A stretch of 64,000 bases of DNA from Malacoraja senta (GCA_038087875.1 JAXLNO010000110.1:372001-436000), one strand, 5' to 3'; positions 49,751 through 62,139 are shown, counted from the stretch's first letter. Made by a program: numbers and translations. The notes: generated by a model from the sequence alone, not told the origin.

Positions 49751-52603
49751 CTGATCTATCTTTCCTTGTTTATTATATTGTTTACAGAGTACTATGTTGA
49801 CATATTCTGTTGTGCCGCCAGCATTTGACAGTATAACACTCTTGACTCAGCGTGTAATCCATATCCCACCAGATCCACGTGACAAGTCAGGAATAATGAA
49901 GGGCTTATTTTGCAAGCTGATTGCATAAATCCTCACGCCATGTTATTAATTTGACAACTGTCAATCCCTGATATTTTTAATCATCTGTCAATAAAATATG
50001 CACAGGCTTCCATCATGAACAGTTTTTAAAGTTCAAGACGGTTTCCATTTGGTGCCACCGTGCATCAGAAACACCGATAAATAGTATTGATCGAGTCAAT
50101 GGCTGGATGCCAACACCCTTCACTCGGTTGTCAACCCTGCCCCAGCTCGCTCCAGTGAAGGTGCCAGGGTGGCGCAGCGCCAGAGACCCCGGTTCAATCC
50201 TGACTACGGGTGCTGTCTGTACGGAGTTTGTGCGCTCCCCCTGTGACCGTGTGGGCTACCTCCCACATCCCAAAGACAGCAAAATTGCAAATTGTCCCTA
50301 GTTTAGTTTAGTTTTTAGTTTCCGAGATACAGCGCGGAAACAGGCCCTTCGGCCCACCGAGTCCACTCCGACCAGCGATCCCCGCACATTAACGCCATCC
50401 TACACACACTGGGGACAATTTTACATTTGCAACAAGCCAATTAACCTACAGACATGTGCGTCTTTGAAGTGTGGGAGGGAACCAAAAGATCTCGGCAAAA
50501 ACCCACTCAGGTCACTCCGTACAGACAAGCACCCGTGGTCAGGATTGAACCCGGGTCTCTGGCGCTGTGCGGCAGATGCTCTACCGCGCCGCCTCAGCTT
50601 GTGTATAGGATAGTGCTAGTACACGGGGGTGAGTTGGTCGAGAGGTCTGATCCACGCTTATCTCTAAAGTCTTGAAGAAGTGCAGCAGGGAAAAGACCCT
50701 TTGGCCCAACAGGTCATCACCGACCATCACGAGCACTCATTCATATCAGTCCTAGTTTACTCTCCCCATCAACTACCCTGCCCTACTCTCTCTTCCAAAG
50801 TGTACCACTCATCTATACGCTACAATACAATGTCGGGAGCTCCAACGATGCAAAAGCTTCGACCAGCCCTGACCCGGGGGTCCAATAGCTCGGTGCGGGG
50901 AGCTGACATCCCCCCAATGCGGGAGCTTGATCGCCCCGACGTGGAGGGCCCAAACGCCGCCGCAAGTTCGTCCCGTCAACGGAGGGCTCGAGGCCCCGAC
51001 CGCGGGAGAACAAAGAAGGTAAGAGACTGAATTTTTTTTCGCCTTCCATCACAGTGAGGAATGTGGAGGAGTCACTGTGGTGGATGTTCATGTTAAAATG
51101 TGTTTTGTGTGTTCTGGTGCTTTTTATTTGTATGACTGACTTGGCAAATGAAATTCTTCGTATGTTGCAAAACATACTTGGCTAATAAAGTATATTGTAT
51201 TGTATTGTATTGCATTGTTTTGCAGATGCTGGTTTACACAATATTCTGGGGTAACTCAGCGGGTCAGGCAGCATAGAAACATAGAAAATAGGTGCAGGAG
51301 TAGGCCATTCGGCCTTCGAGCCTGCACCGCCATTCAATATGACCATGGCTGGAGCATCTCTGGAGAAAAGGAATTAGGTGATGTTTTGTGTCAAGACCCT
51401 TATTCAGACTGAGAGTTGGGGGAGAGGGAAATAGAAGTATGAAATGGTACAGCACAAACCAGAGCCGGCACCAATGGTAACCCTTGCTTTCCCCCTCTCT
51501 CGCTCTCTCTCAGCCCACCCTAGCCGTCCTGCTCGTATCCCTTTGTTATCACCTCCTCCACAGCCAACAATGGACCATTGTGGGCTCCTGGGCCATTGGT
51601 GCTGGTTCTGATTTGTTCTACCTCTAGTTTCCCCCAGTTTTACTTTCAGTCTGAAGAAGAGTTCTGACCCAAAACACCACCTATCCTTTTTCTCCATAGA
51701 TGCTGCTGACCCGCTGAGTTACTCCAGCACTTTGTGTCTTTTTTGTAAACAGCTTCTGCATTTCTTTGCTTCGACTAAACACCACAATGTAGAGAGTCAA
51801 TGCCGGGATGAAATAAATTGCAGCGAATTGTTGACCCAGCCCAGACCATCACACAAACCAACTCCCTTCCACTGACTCCATCTACACCTCGCGCTGCCTC
51901 GGCAGGGCCAGCAGCATAATCACAGACCCGTCTCACTCCCGGTCACTCCCTCTTCTCCCCTCTCCCATCGGGCAAAAAGGTACAGAAGTGTGAAAACAAA
52001 CGCACACACCTCCAGATTCAGGGAGTTACTTCCCAGCTGTTATCAGGCAACTGAACCATTCCTATCACAACCAGAAAGCAGCGTTGAACTACTATCTACC
52101 TCATTGGCGACCCTGGGACTATTCTTTGATCGGACTTTACTGGCTTTACCTTGCACTAAACGTCATGCCTTATCATGTGTCTATACACATGGCTCGGTTG
52201 TAATCATGTATTCCCAGCTGTTGTATAGGAAGGAACTGCAGATGCTGGTTTAAACCAAAGATAGACACAAAAAGCTGGAGTAACTCAGTGGGAGAAAGGA
52301 ATAGGTGGTATTTTGGATCGAGTCCCTTCTTCAGAAGTGTCTCGACCCAAAACGTCACCTATTCCTTTTTTTCACAGATGCTGTCTGACTCGCTGAGTTA
52401 CTCCAGCTTTTTGTGTCTATCTTCCCCAGCTGTTATCAGGCAACTGAACTATCCTATCACAACTGAGAGCGGACCTGCCTCATTGGAGACCTCGGACTGT
52501 GTTTGATCGGCCCTTACTGGCTTTATCTTGCACGAAACGCTATTCACTTTGTTCCCTTTACCATGCATCTGCACCCTGCGGGTGGCTCATGTAATCATGT
52601 ATT

Positions 52604-53030
52604 GGGCCATTCTTAGTCACGTGTGTGGCCAAATATATGACAAATTGTGAAATACATCTCTTCTAATTCTGAAAGCATTGCAGGTATATTGTTTTGTATG
52701 TATATAGGATCCATATTTTTTTCCAAAGTTTATCAAGTGAAATTTTTGTGTTATGCTCACAATGTTTGTTTGGGGTCAGAGGTCAAATATGACTGGTCAC
52801 GTGTGTGATTCACGGAAGCTTTTTTTTTATCATAGCTCAGTTTTATCTTACAAACTCCGTGAATTTTAAGAAGCTAGAATGTTCATATCTTTAGCAGACA
52901 TGCATTGTAGTTCTGTAGATAGGAAAATAGCAATGAATAAGATTAATCTCTTACAATAATTTTCTTAAATGTATGGGGTGACATCTGGTCACGTGTGTGA
53001 CACGTTGGTTCACTTTCCAAAGAATGGCCC
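52604..53030. mobile_element. MITE with GGG termini and a 4-bp TSD (Sola2-like)
   Basis: TIRs gggccattct / agaatggccc, TATT on both flanks, and three internal gtcacgtgtgtg repeats. Confidence 0.7.
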
Positions 53031-53167
53031 TATTTATTGTCTTCCAACTGAGTGGTTAGCACGCAACGAACAGCTTTTCACTCTACCTCGGTACAGTGAC
53101 AATAAACCGAACGGATTGTCTATTGTCTATAAAAAACATTTGGAGGAAAAGGGGAGAAAGTGGAGAC

Positions 53168-53399
53168 CTGAATCTTTGCTGGGCCTGGAGCAAGTAGTCG
53201 GCCATGGTGCGGAGTTGAGCGTTCTCTCCCTCAAGGGTTTTACCGGAGGCGGCGAGCTGGAGCAGCTTGGCGATGGAGCCCAGGTTGCGGCGGTGGTCCG
53301 CGTGGAGACCACCCCCCGCCGTCACGTCGATGATGTCGAAGCCGTCCGGGCCACCACGGCAGGGTTCATGTAGCGGTAGTACAGCAGGTTCCCCACCAC
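53168..53399 (-). CDS. IQGAP3: IQGAP3-like RasGAP-related-domain exon VVGNLLYYRYMNPAVVA[P]DGFDIIDVTAGGGLHADHRRNLGSIAKLLQLAASGK...QQRF(R); 1 nt short in this assembly
   Basis: Contains the IQGAP YYRY motif and a ttgcag acceptor. It is 232 nt long versus the 233 needed, with a frame switch at 53348-53350. Confidence 0.92.
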
Positions 53400-54180
53400 C
53401 TGCAACAACAGAGGACGAGGCTGTCGTAGAGTTACAGACGATTTGGGCCCACTGCGGGCATTGAACTTGACATCGGAGCCCGTCCCTTGCCTGGGATCGC
53501 CTGCGTACTTCACCATCGAGAGCTCGCAGTCTCGGGAGAGGCCGAGTCGGGGAGCTGCAACGACCAGCCCCGACCTCGGGTCCGATCGCCGACGCGGGGG
53601 AGCTGACACCCCCCCCCCCCCCGATGCAGGAGCTTGATCGCCCCGATGCGGAGGGCCCAAACGGCGCCGGCTACGGGAGTCAAGATCACCCCTTGAACGG
53701 AAGGCTTGAGGCCCCCGACCGCGGGAGAACAAAGGGAAGAGATTTAACTTTTTTTTCGCCTTCCATCACAGTGAGGAATTTGGGGAGAAAGCAGGCACGC
53801 GTTACTGATTGTGGATGATCAGTCATGATCACAATGAATGGCAGTGCAGGCTCGAAGGGCCAAATGGCCTCCTCCTGCACCTATTTTCTATGTTTCCATG
53901 AATGTGGAGGAGTCACTGTGGTGGATGTTTATGTTAAAATGTATTTTTGTGTGTTCCGTTGCTTTTTATTGTATGACTGACTTGGTAAATGAAATTTCTC
54001 ATATGTTGCAAAACATACTTGGCTAATAAAGTATTATTGTATTGTATTATAGACACAAAGTGCTGGAGTGGGGCAGGCAGCAGGAAAGGGGCAGCCCACG
54101 ATTGCTGAAATGTGTCATGGGGCATTGTGGAACGTGGCCTGGGACTGAGGGGGATTCCACGGCCACTGCCAAGGACTTAC

Positions 54181-54265
54181 CTTCAGCAACTCCTCTTCGG
54201 TGGCGCCTGGGAACCTCTCCCGCAGTGAGCTCTTCAGCACTTTTGCCGTGTACCTCATTCCGTAC
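54181..54265 (-). CDS. IQGAP3: IQGAP3-like exon: YGMRYTAKVLKSSLRERFPGATEEELLK
   Basis: Polypyrimidine tract with AAG acceptor and GTAAGT donor, 85 nt, phase 2 to 0. Translated by hand. Confidence 0.93.
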
Positions 54266-54551
54266 CTTGTCCAGAGTGAGAGGAAGACGAAGATTAGATT
54301 TCATGGACAGCACCAAGCCCAGGCAAGTTTTTCACCCATCCACCCACCTCCCACAGCCGCCCCATAGCCTGCAATTATTCCCTTGTGAAGTCTTTATAGA
54401 CAATAGACAATAGGTGCAGGAATAGGCCATTCGACCCGTCGAGACAGCACCGTCATTCAATGTGATCATGGCTGATCATCCACAATCAGTACCCCGTTCC
54501 TGACTTCTCCCCATAACCCTTGACTCCACTATCTTTAAGAGCCCGATCTAA

Positions 54552-54775
54552 AGGGCCTGTCCCACTTGCCGATTTTTCCACGACTGCCGGTATCATTGAC
54601 TGACGTATCAGGTCATCAAAAATTTGCGGCGTGATGACGTAAGACGCGCGGTGTTTTTTCAAGTGTCGCAACATTTTCTTTGTCGCCGCTGGATTTTGAA
54701 ATGTTCAAAATCTTTTGGCGACACTGATATGACGCCGGCAGTCGGCGAAAAAAATCGTCAAGTGGCACAGGCCCT
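54552..54775. mobile_element. PIF/Harbinger-type MITE nested in a CR1
   Basis: TIRs agggcctgtcccacttg / caagtggcacaggccct, with a TAA target-site duplication. Confidence 0.85.
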
Positions 54776-54990
54776 TAACTCTCTCTTGAAAGCCTCCAGA
54801 GAACCGACCTCCACCACCTTCTGAGGCAGAGAATTCCACGGATTCACAACTCTCTGTGTGAAAAAGTGTTTCCTCTTCTCCGTTCTAAATGCCTTACCCC
54901 TTTTTCTTAAACTGTGTGACCTCTGGTTCTGGACTCCCCCAACATCGGGAACATGTTTCCTGCCTCTAGCGTGTCCAAACCCTGAATAAT

Positions 54991-55336
54991 TCCTGGGCTT
55001 GGCCAAGCTGGCCATCCGTGAGTCAAGGCGCCAGGCGGTGGAGGGCTCTACCCGAGCCGGCTGCCTGCCCCTTTTCCGGGGATACGTCCGTGCCCGGGTG
55101 CGGTTTGAAAGGGAATACGCCCTGTCCACAGGCACCATGAGGGAGTTCCAGGACCGCTGGGCTCCGCAGAGTGTTGAATGTATCCTCAATAAGAATTGTA
55201 TCATAGCTGTATCGTGGATATATGTTTGTATTGTATTATGGTGGTGGGTTCTGGCTTGTTTTATTGTAGTGTAAATATTATTTTTTAATAATTGAATTAA
55301 TATTTTTATTTTAAAAAAACAACAACAAAAAAAACC
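54991..55336 (+). mobile_element. L1/Tx1-like LINE 3' fragment with A-rich tail and TSD, nested in a CR1
   Basis: Translates to LGLAKLAIRESRR...F...W, resembling a Tx1 ORF2 C-terminus. TSD cctgaataat (54981-54990) / cccgaataat (55337-55346). Confidence 0.65.
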
Positions 55337-55657
55337 CCCGAATAATCTTACATGTTTCAATAAGATATCCTCTCATCCTTCTACATTTCCAGAGTATGCA
55401 AGCCCACTACTTATCCACGACTTAGTATGTAAGCACCATCACTTCTCTTTCTGGCACATTACCATGCTGCCAGACCCAATTCTCATTCTCATCTCCCCCG
55501 GATCTACAGCTACTGAAAAAAATTGCAGGTGCCCGGCTGAGATATAAAAAATCACCATTAGACATGGTGAGATGCCATGGTGGATGATTAACTGTTGTGC
55601 CTCTAGTTAAGGAGGGCCGCAGGGAAAAGCCTGGGAACTAGAGATCAGCGAGCCAAA

Positions 55658-55857
55658 NNNNNNNNNNNNNNNNNNNNNNNNNNNNNNNNNNNNNNNNNNN
55701 NNNNNNNNNNNNNNNNNNNNNNNNNNNNNNNNNNNNNNNNNNNNNNNNNNNNNNNNNNNNNNNNNNNNNNNNNNNNNNNNNNNNNNNNNNNNNNNNNNNN
55801 NNNNNNNNNNNNNNNNNNNNNNNNNNNNNNNNNNNNNNNNNNNNNNNNNNNNNNNNN
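55658..55857. other. Assembly gap (200 N) inside the IQGAP3-like gene
   Basis: Run of N. Confidence 1.
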
Positions 55858-56875
55858 CCCCCAATCTGACCTTTCTGTCCTGGGCCTCCACCATTGTCAG
55901 AGTGAGGCCCAGGGCAAATTGGAGGAACAGCACCTTATATTTCACTTGGGCAGCTTACACCCCAGCGGTATGAACATTGACTTCTCTAACCCTTGCTTTC
56001 CCTCTCTCTCTCCATCCCCTTGCCTCTTCCCAGTTCTCCCACCAGTTGTATTGTCTCCGACTACATTTTATCTCTGTACCGCCCACTCCCCTGACATCAG
56101 ACTGAAGAAGGGTCTCGACCCGAAACCTCACCCATTCCGTCACTCCAGAGATGCTGCCTGTCCTGCTGAGTTACTCCAGCTTTTTGCGCCTACCTTTGAT
56201 TTAAACCAGCATCTGTAGTTCTTTCCTCCTCCACCAGTCATCTCTCTTAACTCGAGTCGTCGGGGTCTCTCGACTCTGTCCAGGGACCCCGACAGTCGCT
56301 GTTCAAGATGTGGACTCTTATACATCGGCGAGACCAAACGCAGACTGGGCGATCGTTTCACTGAACACATTCGCTCAGCCCGCCTGAACCTTCCTGATTT
56401 CCCGGTTGTCAAACACTTTAATCCCCTTCCCATTCCCACACTGACCTTTCTGTCCTAGGTCACCTCCATTGTCAGAGTGAGGCTAAACGCAATTTGGTCA
56501 AACAGCATCTCATATTTCACTTGGGCAGCTTACACCCCAGCGGTAAGAATATTGATTTCTCTAACTGCAGGCAGCCCCGGCATTCCCTCTCTCTCTATCC
56601 CTCCCCCACCCAAGTCGCACCAGCTTCTCGTTTTCACCCAACAAACAGCTAACAATGGCCGGTATCCTTTATCATCTTTACATTTTTGCATATCTTTCAT
56701 TCATTGTTCTTTATCTCTCTACATTATCGTCCATATCTCTCATTTTTCCTATCCCTACCCAGTCTGAAGAAGGGTCTCGACCCGAAACATCACTCATTCC
56801 TTCACTCCAGAGGTGCTGCCTGTCCCGCTGAGTCACTCCAGCTTTTTGTGTCTATCTTCGGTTTAAACCAGCACG
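55858..56875 (+). mobile_element. Two tandem Penelope-like 3' fragments with degenerate hammerhead motifs
   Basis: GIY-YIG coding remnants, with ctgaagaagggtctcgacccgaaac at 56102 and 56764. Confidence 0.8.
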
Positions 56876-57789
56876 TAGAACTGTAGATGCCGGCTTACAC
56901 CGAAGATATTTTTTGTATGACTGTAAGGGAAAGAGAATTTCGTTGTCTCTTATTGAAGACAATGACAATAAGTTAAATCAAATCATAAATCAAATCAAAG
57001 ATAGACACAAAATGCTGGAGCACCTGAAGAATCGGATGTGAAGAAGGTTTCGACCTGAAACATCACCTACTCCTTTTCTTCACAGATGCTTCCTGACCTG
57101 CTGAGTTATTCCAGCATTTTGTGATGATCCATGTCCTCCCCTTTTGTAAACACCAATGCAAAGTACTTATTTAGTACCTCACCACTTTCTCTGACTCCAG
57201 GCATTGATTCCTTCTTTAATCCTTGCCCTCCCATTTTAACGAATGTAGAAACATTTCTTTGGATTTTCCTTAATCCCACTCACCAAGGATATTTCATGAC
57301 AACTTTAGAAGAATGGGCCATTTAAAAGAATGAGGGGAGGGGGGGAAACCTCATTAAAATGTACCATATAGTGAAAGGCTTGGATAGTGGATGTGGAGAG
57401 GATGTTTCCACTAGTGGGAGAGTCTAGGACTAGAGGTCACAGCCTCAGAATTAAATGACGTTCCTTTAAGAAGGAGATGAGTAGGAATTTCTTTGGTTAG
57501 AGGGTGGTGAATCTGTGGGATTCTTTGCCACAGACGGCTGTGGAGTCCACAAGTCAGTGGATATTTTTAAGGCAGAGATAGATTCTTGATTAGTACGGGT
57601 GTCAGAGGTTATGGGGAGAAGGCAGGAGAATGAGGTTAGGAGGGAGAGATAGATCAGCCATGAGTGAATGGCGGAGTACATGGGCCAAATGGCCTAATTT
57701 TGCTCCTGTTAAATGACCTTTTAGGCTTTTCTGATTCTCTCTTCTGCTTCCCCTATATTCTGTAATGGCCGCTATAATTCTTGCAACAC

Positions 57790-58155
57790 AGTAATTCCTC
57801 ACAATAACGGATGACGTTGGGAGGCTGGTGTCCGTTATTGCCGGCTGTCCGCTATATCAGAGCCAAGTTTAATCCAAATCTGGGAGGAAAGAAAAACGGC
57901 GTTGGGGTGTTTAAAACAAGAGGCAACTCACGGCCCAGGGAGCCACAGAGACACAGGCAGTGCGCCAGAGACGGGTCCAGTACCCACGGCCGCCATCATG
58001 CCGCTCGCCCATGCTGCTGCCACAATCAGAACCATGCCATGTAACGCCAGCTCGCTGGATAACTGGCAGAAGTTTGGTGGAGGGGGGTTGCAATGGGAGC
58101 CTCGGACCTCTATAACTGACAACTGCTTTATGGAGGTCCGTTATTGCGAGAGGAG
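57790..58155. mobile_element. Tc1/mariner-pogo (Tigger-like) MITE
   Basis: Termini cagtaattcctcacaataacgga ... tccgttattgcgagagg; the right end is cut by a SINE tail. Confidence 0.55.
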
Positions 58156-59073
58156 AGTTTAGTTTAGTTTAGAGATACAGTGCGGAAACAGGCCCTTGGG
58201 CACACCTAGTCCGTGCCGACCAGCGATCCCCGCACGGTAACACTATCCTACACACACTGGGCAGACAAACATGCTGGAGAAACTCACCGGGTGAGGCAGC
58301 ATCTATGGAGCGAAGGAATAGGTGACCCTTCTTCAGACTGATGTGGAGTGGGGGGCGGAAGAAGAAAGGAAGAGGCGGAGACAGTGGGCTGTGGGAGAAC
58401 AGGGAAGGGGAGGGGAAGGAGGGAGAAAGCAAGAACTACCTGAAATTGGAGAAGTCAATGTTCATACCACTGGGGTGTAAACCTTGAACCTTGTTCTTGA
58501 GTTCAAGAAGGGACTTGACCCGAAACGTCACCTATTCCTTCGCTCCATAGATGCCGCCTCACCCGCTGAGTTTCTCCAGCATTGTTGTCTACCTTCGATT
58601 TTCCAGCATCTGCAGTTCTCTCTTAAACATTCTTACACACACTAGGGACAATTTTACAATTATACCAAGCCAATTCACCTACAAACCGGTACGTCTTTGG
58701 AGTGTGGGAGAAAACCGGAGCTCCCGGAGAAAACGGAAGCAGGTCACGGGAGAACAGCACCCGTACTCAGGATCGAACCCGGGTCTCTGGCGCTGTGAGG
58801 CAGCAACTCTACCCCTGTGCTGCCCAAAACAGAAAAACAGACAGGTAAATTAGATACCCACACTCCTTAAACATCCAAACTAATGACGCATACAACCCGT
58901 CTTTATAATTCAACTCCAGCTGTCAGATGAGATTGCAGGGGTCGGCACCTTGACTGCCGACCGCTGCAACTCCTGTACAAATGTTCTACTGTACATAACC
59001 ATATTGGAAGCAACCAGGGAAATAGCAGGTCCACCAACGTCTCCTGGGCTGAAGAGACAGAGCACCTTCTTAC

Positions 59074-59282
59074 CTGCAAGGTGATCCTGTTCTTCACCAG
59101 CAGCCCGATCTTGATGTCCATGACGTTGAGGTCTTGCTCCAGTTGGCGACTGGAGCGGATGCGCTGAACCACCTCCTCCCGCAGTTGCATCAACTCCCAC
59201 TCTTCGCGGAAGTCGTAGTCGCTCTGCTCCAAGAGGTGGGCAAACTTCCGCACCACATTCAGAGGAGGGTTTCTGGCATGGA
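59074..59282 (-). CDS. IQGAP3: IQGAP3-like exon: (V)HARNPPLNVVRKFAHLLEQSDYDFREEWELMQLREEVVQRIRSSRQLEQDLNVMDIKIGLLVKNRITLQ
   Basis: ccccag acceptor and GTAAGA donor, 209 nt. The residues VHA..PPL, FAHLL, LEQDLN and KNRITLQ fit my recollection of IQGAP3 better than IQGAP1. Confidence 0.93.
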
Positions 59283-60009
59283 CTGGGGAGAAACAGATTT
59301 TATTTTCGACATTAAAAAGGCTGGAGTAACATAGGCGGCATCTCTAGACAATAGACAATAGGTGCAGGAGTAGGCCATTTGGCCCTTCGAGCCAGCACCG
59401 CCATTCAATGTGATCATGGCTGATCATCCCCACTCAGTACCCCGTTCCTGCCTTCTCCCATATCCCCTGACTCCGCTATTTTTTAAGAGCCCTATCTAGC
59501 TCTCTCTTGAAAGTATCCAGAGAACCTGCCTCCACCGCCCTCTGAGGCAGAGAATTCCACAGACTCACCATAGCGAGAAGGACTGGGTGACATTTCGCGT
59601 CGAGACCATTCTTCAGACTGATAATCAGGGGAGAGCGAGACACCGAGATATGGAAGGGTAAGGTGCGAAAACACAGATCAAAGGGGAACGTGACAGCGAG
59701 GCATACAATCAGTAATATTCAATCAGGAGGATAGTGGATCTAGTTGGAGAGCTAGCATGGGGGGAGGGACGGAGAGAGAGGGAAAGCAAGGGTTACTTGC
59801 ATCTGCAGTTCCTTCCTCAACATTTTATTTTCATTGAGTGGTGCAGCAGAGAAACAGGCCCTTCGGCCCACAATGTCCATGCTATTCATCAAGGCCACAT
59901 CTGTACCAATCCCAATCTACAGGTGCTATTGCTATTACACGTAGGTCCATGATGCAAATTGAATCTAATGCGAGTGATGAATTGCATTGCATGGGCAAAA
60001 TGGGACAAA

Positions 60010-60447
60010 ATGATAGAATGGAGCGGCTGGGCTTGTGTACTCTGGAGTTTAGAAGGATGAGAGTGGATCTCATTCAAACATATAAGATTATTAAGGGATT
60101 GGACATGCTAGAGGCAGGAAACATGTTCCCGATTTGGGGGAGTCCAGAACCAGGGGCCACAATTTAAGAATAAGGGGTAGACCATTTAGAACAGAGATGA
60201 GGAAAAACGTTTTCACCCAGAGAGTTGTGAGTCTGTGGAATTCTCTGCTGCAGAAGGCAGTGGAGGCTGGTTCTCTGGATACTTTCAAGAGAGAGAGTTA
60301 GATAGGGCTCTTAAAGATAGTGGAGTGAAGGGATATGGGGAGAAGGCAGGAACGGGGTACTGATTGTGGATGATCAGCCATGATCACAGTGAATGGCAGT
60401 GCTGGCTCGAGGGGCCGAATGGCCTACTCCTGCACCTATTGTCTATC
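60010..60447 (+). mobile_element. CR1 LINE 3' end
   Basis: Same family as 18360-18805. Confidence 0.85.
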
Positions 60448-61029
60448 GGAAACGAGAGTACCACTGTAAACATACTTTGAAAATTAACTAACAATTGTCA
60501 ATCGTCTAAGTGTTCAGCGATGAACACCTACGCTCAGTCCACCTTGGCCCCATGTGATGTCCCGGTTGCTCAACTCTTTAACTCCCCTCCCCATTCTCAC
60601 ACTGACCTTTCTGTCCAGGGCCTCCTCCACTGTCCAGGGCCAGCCTCCGCTTGGTGCCAGAGGCTGAGACGGGGCACAGAATTTGTGAAGTTTATTCAAG
60701 AGAGTTCCTTGAAACAGTATGTGGATAGTCGAAACCAAGAAGGGAACATACTTGTGTTGGGAAATGAGCCTGGCCAGGAGACTGGTGTTGCAGTGGAAGA
60801 GCATTTTGCAAGATAGTGATAGATTTTAAGATTGATGTGAAAAGGGAGATGGCTGGAAAGCACCACACTGGAGTACAGCAAAGTACAATGTTATTCGGCA
60901 GGAGCTCGGAAGAGTACACTGGGAGCAATTGTTATTAGGTAGGTGTACATCTGACGATAGACAATAGACAATAGGTGCAGGAGTAGGCCATTCGGCCCTT
61001 CGAGCCAGCACCGCCATTACAATGTGATC

Positions 61030-61371
61030 GGACGACAGATGGCGCAATGGGCTAAGTGTTCGGCTGGCAACCGGAAGGTAGCCGGTTCGAATCCCGCTTG
61101 GAGTGCATACTGTCGTTGTGTCCTTGGGCAAGACACTTCACCCACCTTTGCCTGCGTGTGAATGTGTGTGAGTGATTGGTGGTGGTCGGAGGGGCCGTAG
61201 GCGCAAATTAGCAGCCACGCTTCCGTCAGTCTGCCCCAGGGCAGCTGTGGCTACAGAAGTAGCTCACCACCACCGAGTGTGACTGAGGAGTGAATGAATA
61301 ATGCGATGTAAAGCGCCTTGAGTATTAGAAAGGCGCTATATAAATCCCATCCATTATTATTATTATTATTA
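61030..61371 (+). mobile_element. tRNA-derived CORE-SINE with an L2-type tail (resembles teleost SINEs), full length
   Basis: A box tggcgcaatgg, B box ggttcgaatccc, CORE-like gtgtccttgggcaagacactt, tail tgtaaagcgccttgag...aggcgctatataaat and an (att)n end. Confidence 0.85.
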
Positions 61372-62139
61372 CTGATCATCCCCAATCAGTACCCCGTTCC
61401 TGCCTTCTCCCCATATCCCCTGACTCTGCTATCTTTAAGAGTATCTAACTCTCTCTTGAAAGTATCCAGAGAACCTGCCTCCAATGCCCTCTGAGGCAGA
61501 GAATTCCACAGACTCTCTGTGTGAAACAGTGTTTCCTCATCTCTGTTCTAAATGGCTTATCCCTTATTCTTAAACTGTAGGCCCCTGGTTCTGACATGTG
61601 GGAGTCGTTTAAAGACCAGTTCATCAAAATTTAGAACCGGCATTGAGGAGGGGGGGGGATGGGTGGCAAGGTCAGGGAACCTTGGATGACCAAAGGGATT
61701 GTCAATTTGGGAAAAGGAAGTGCAAGCAAGATTTAAGAGGATGGAATCAAACAGGGCATTTGAGGGAGATGAGAAATGAGGAAAGAAGTCAATTAGAAGG
61801 GCCAAAAGGGGGCACAAAACGTCTTTGGCCAGTCAGATTTAAGAAAATCCCAAAGCAGATCCAGAAGATTAAGATGCACGAGATTAACTTGGTCGTATGG
61901 GTCCAGAACTGGTTTACTGATGGAAGACAGAGGGGGCTGGAGCTCCGTGACCTGTGGACTTCCGCAGGGATCTGCGCCTGGACCGCTAACGCACGCACAC
62001 ACACACACACACGTAAAACCCCGTACAACACCCATAGTCAGGATCAAACCCGGGCCTCTGGCTCTGGAAGGCAGCAACTATGGTTGATGTACGCAACAAG
62101 CTGCTGGAGGAGGTAGTTGAGGCCGGTACTATCACAATG

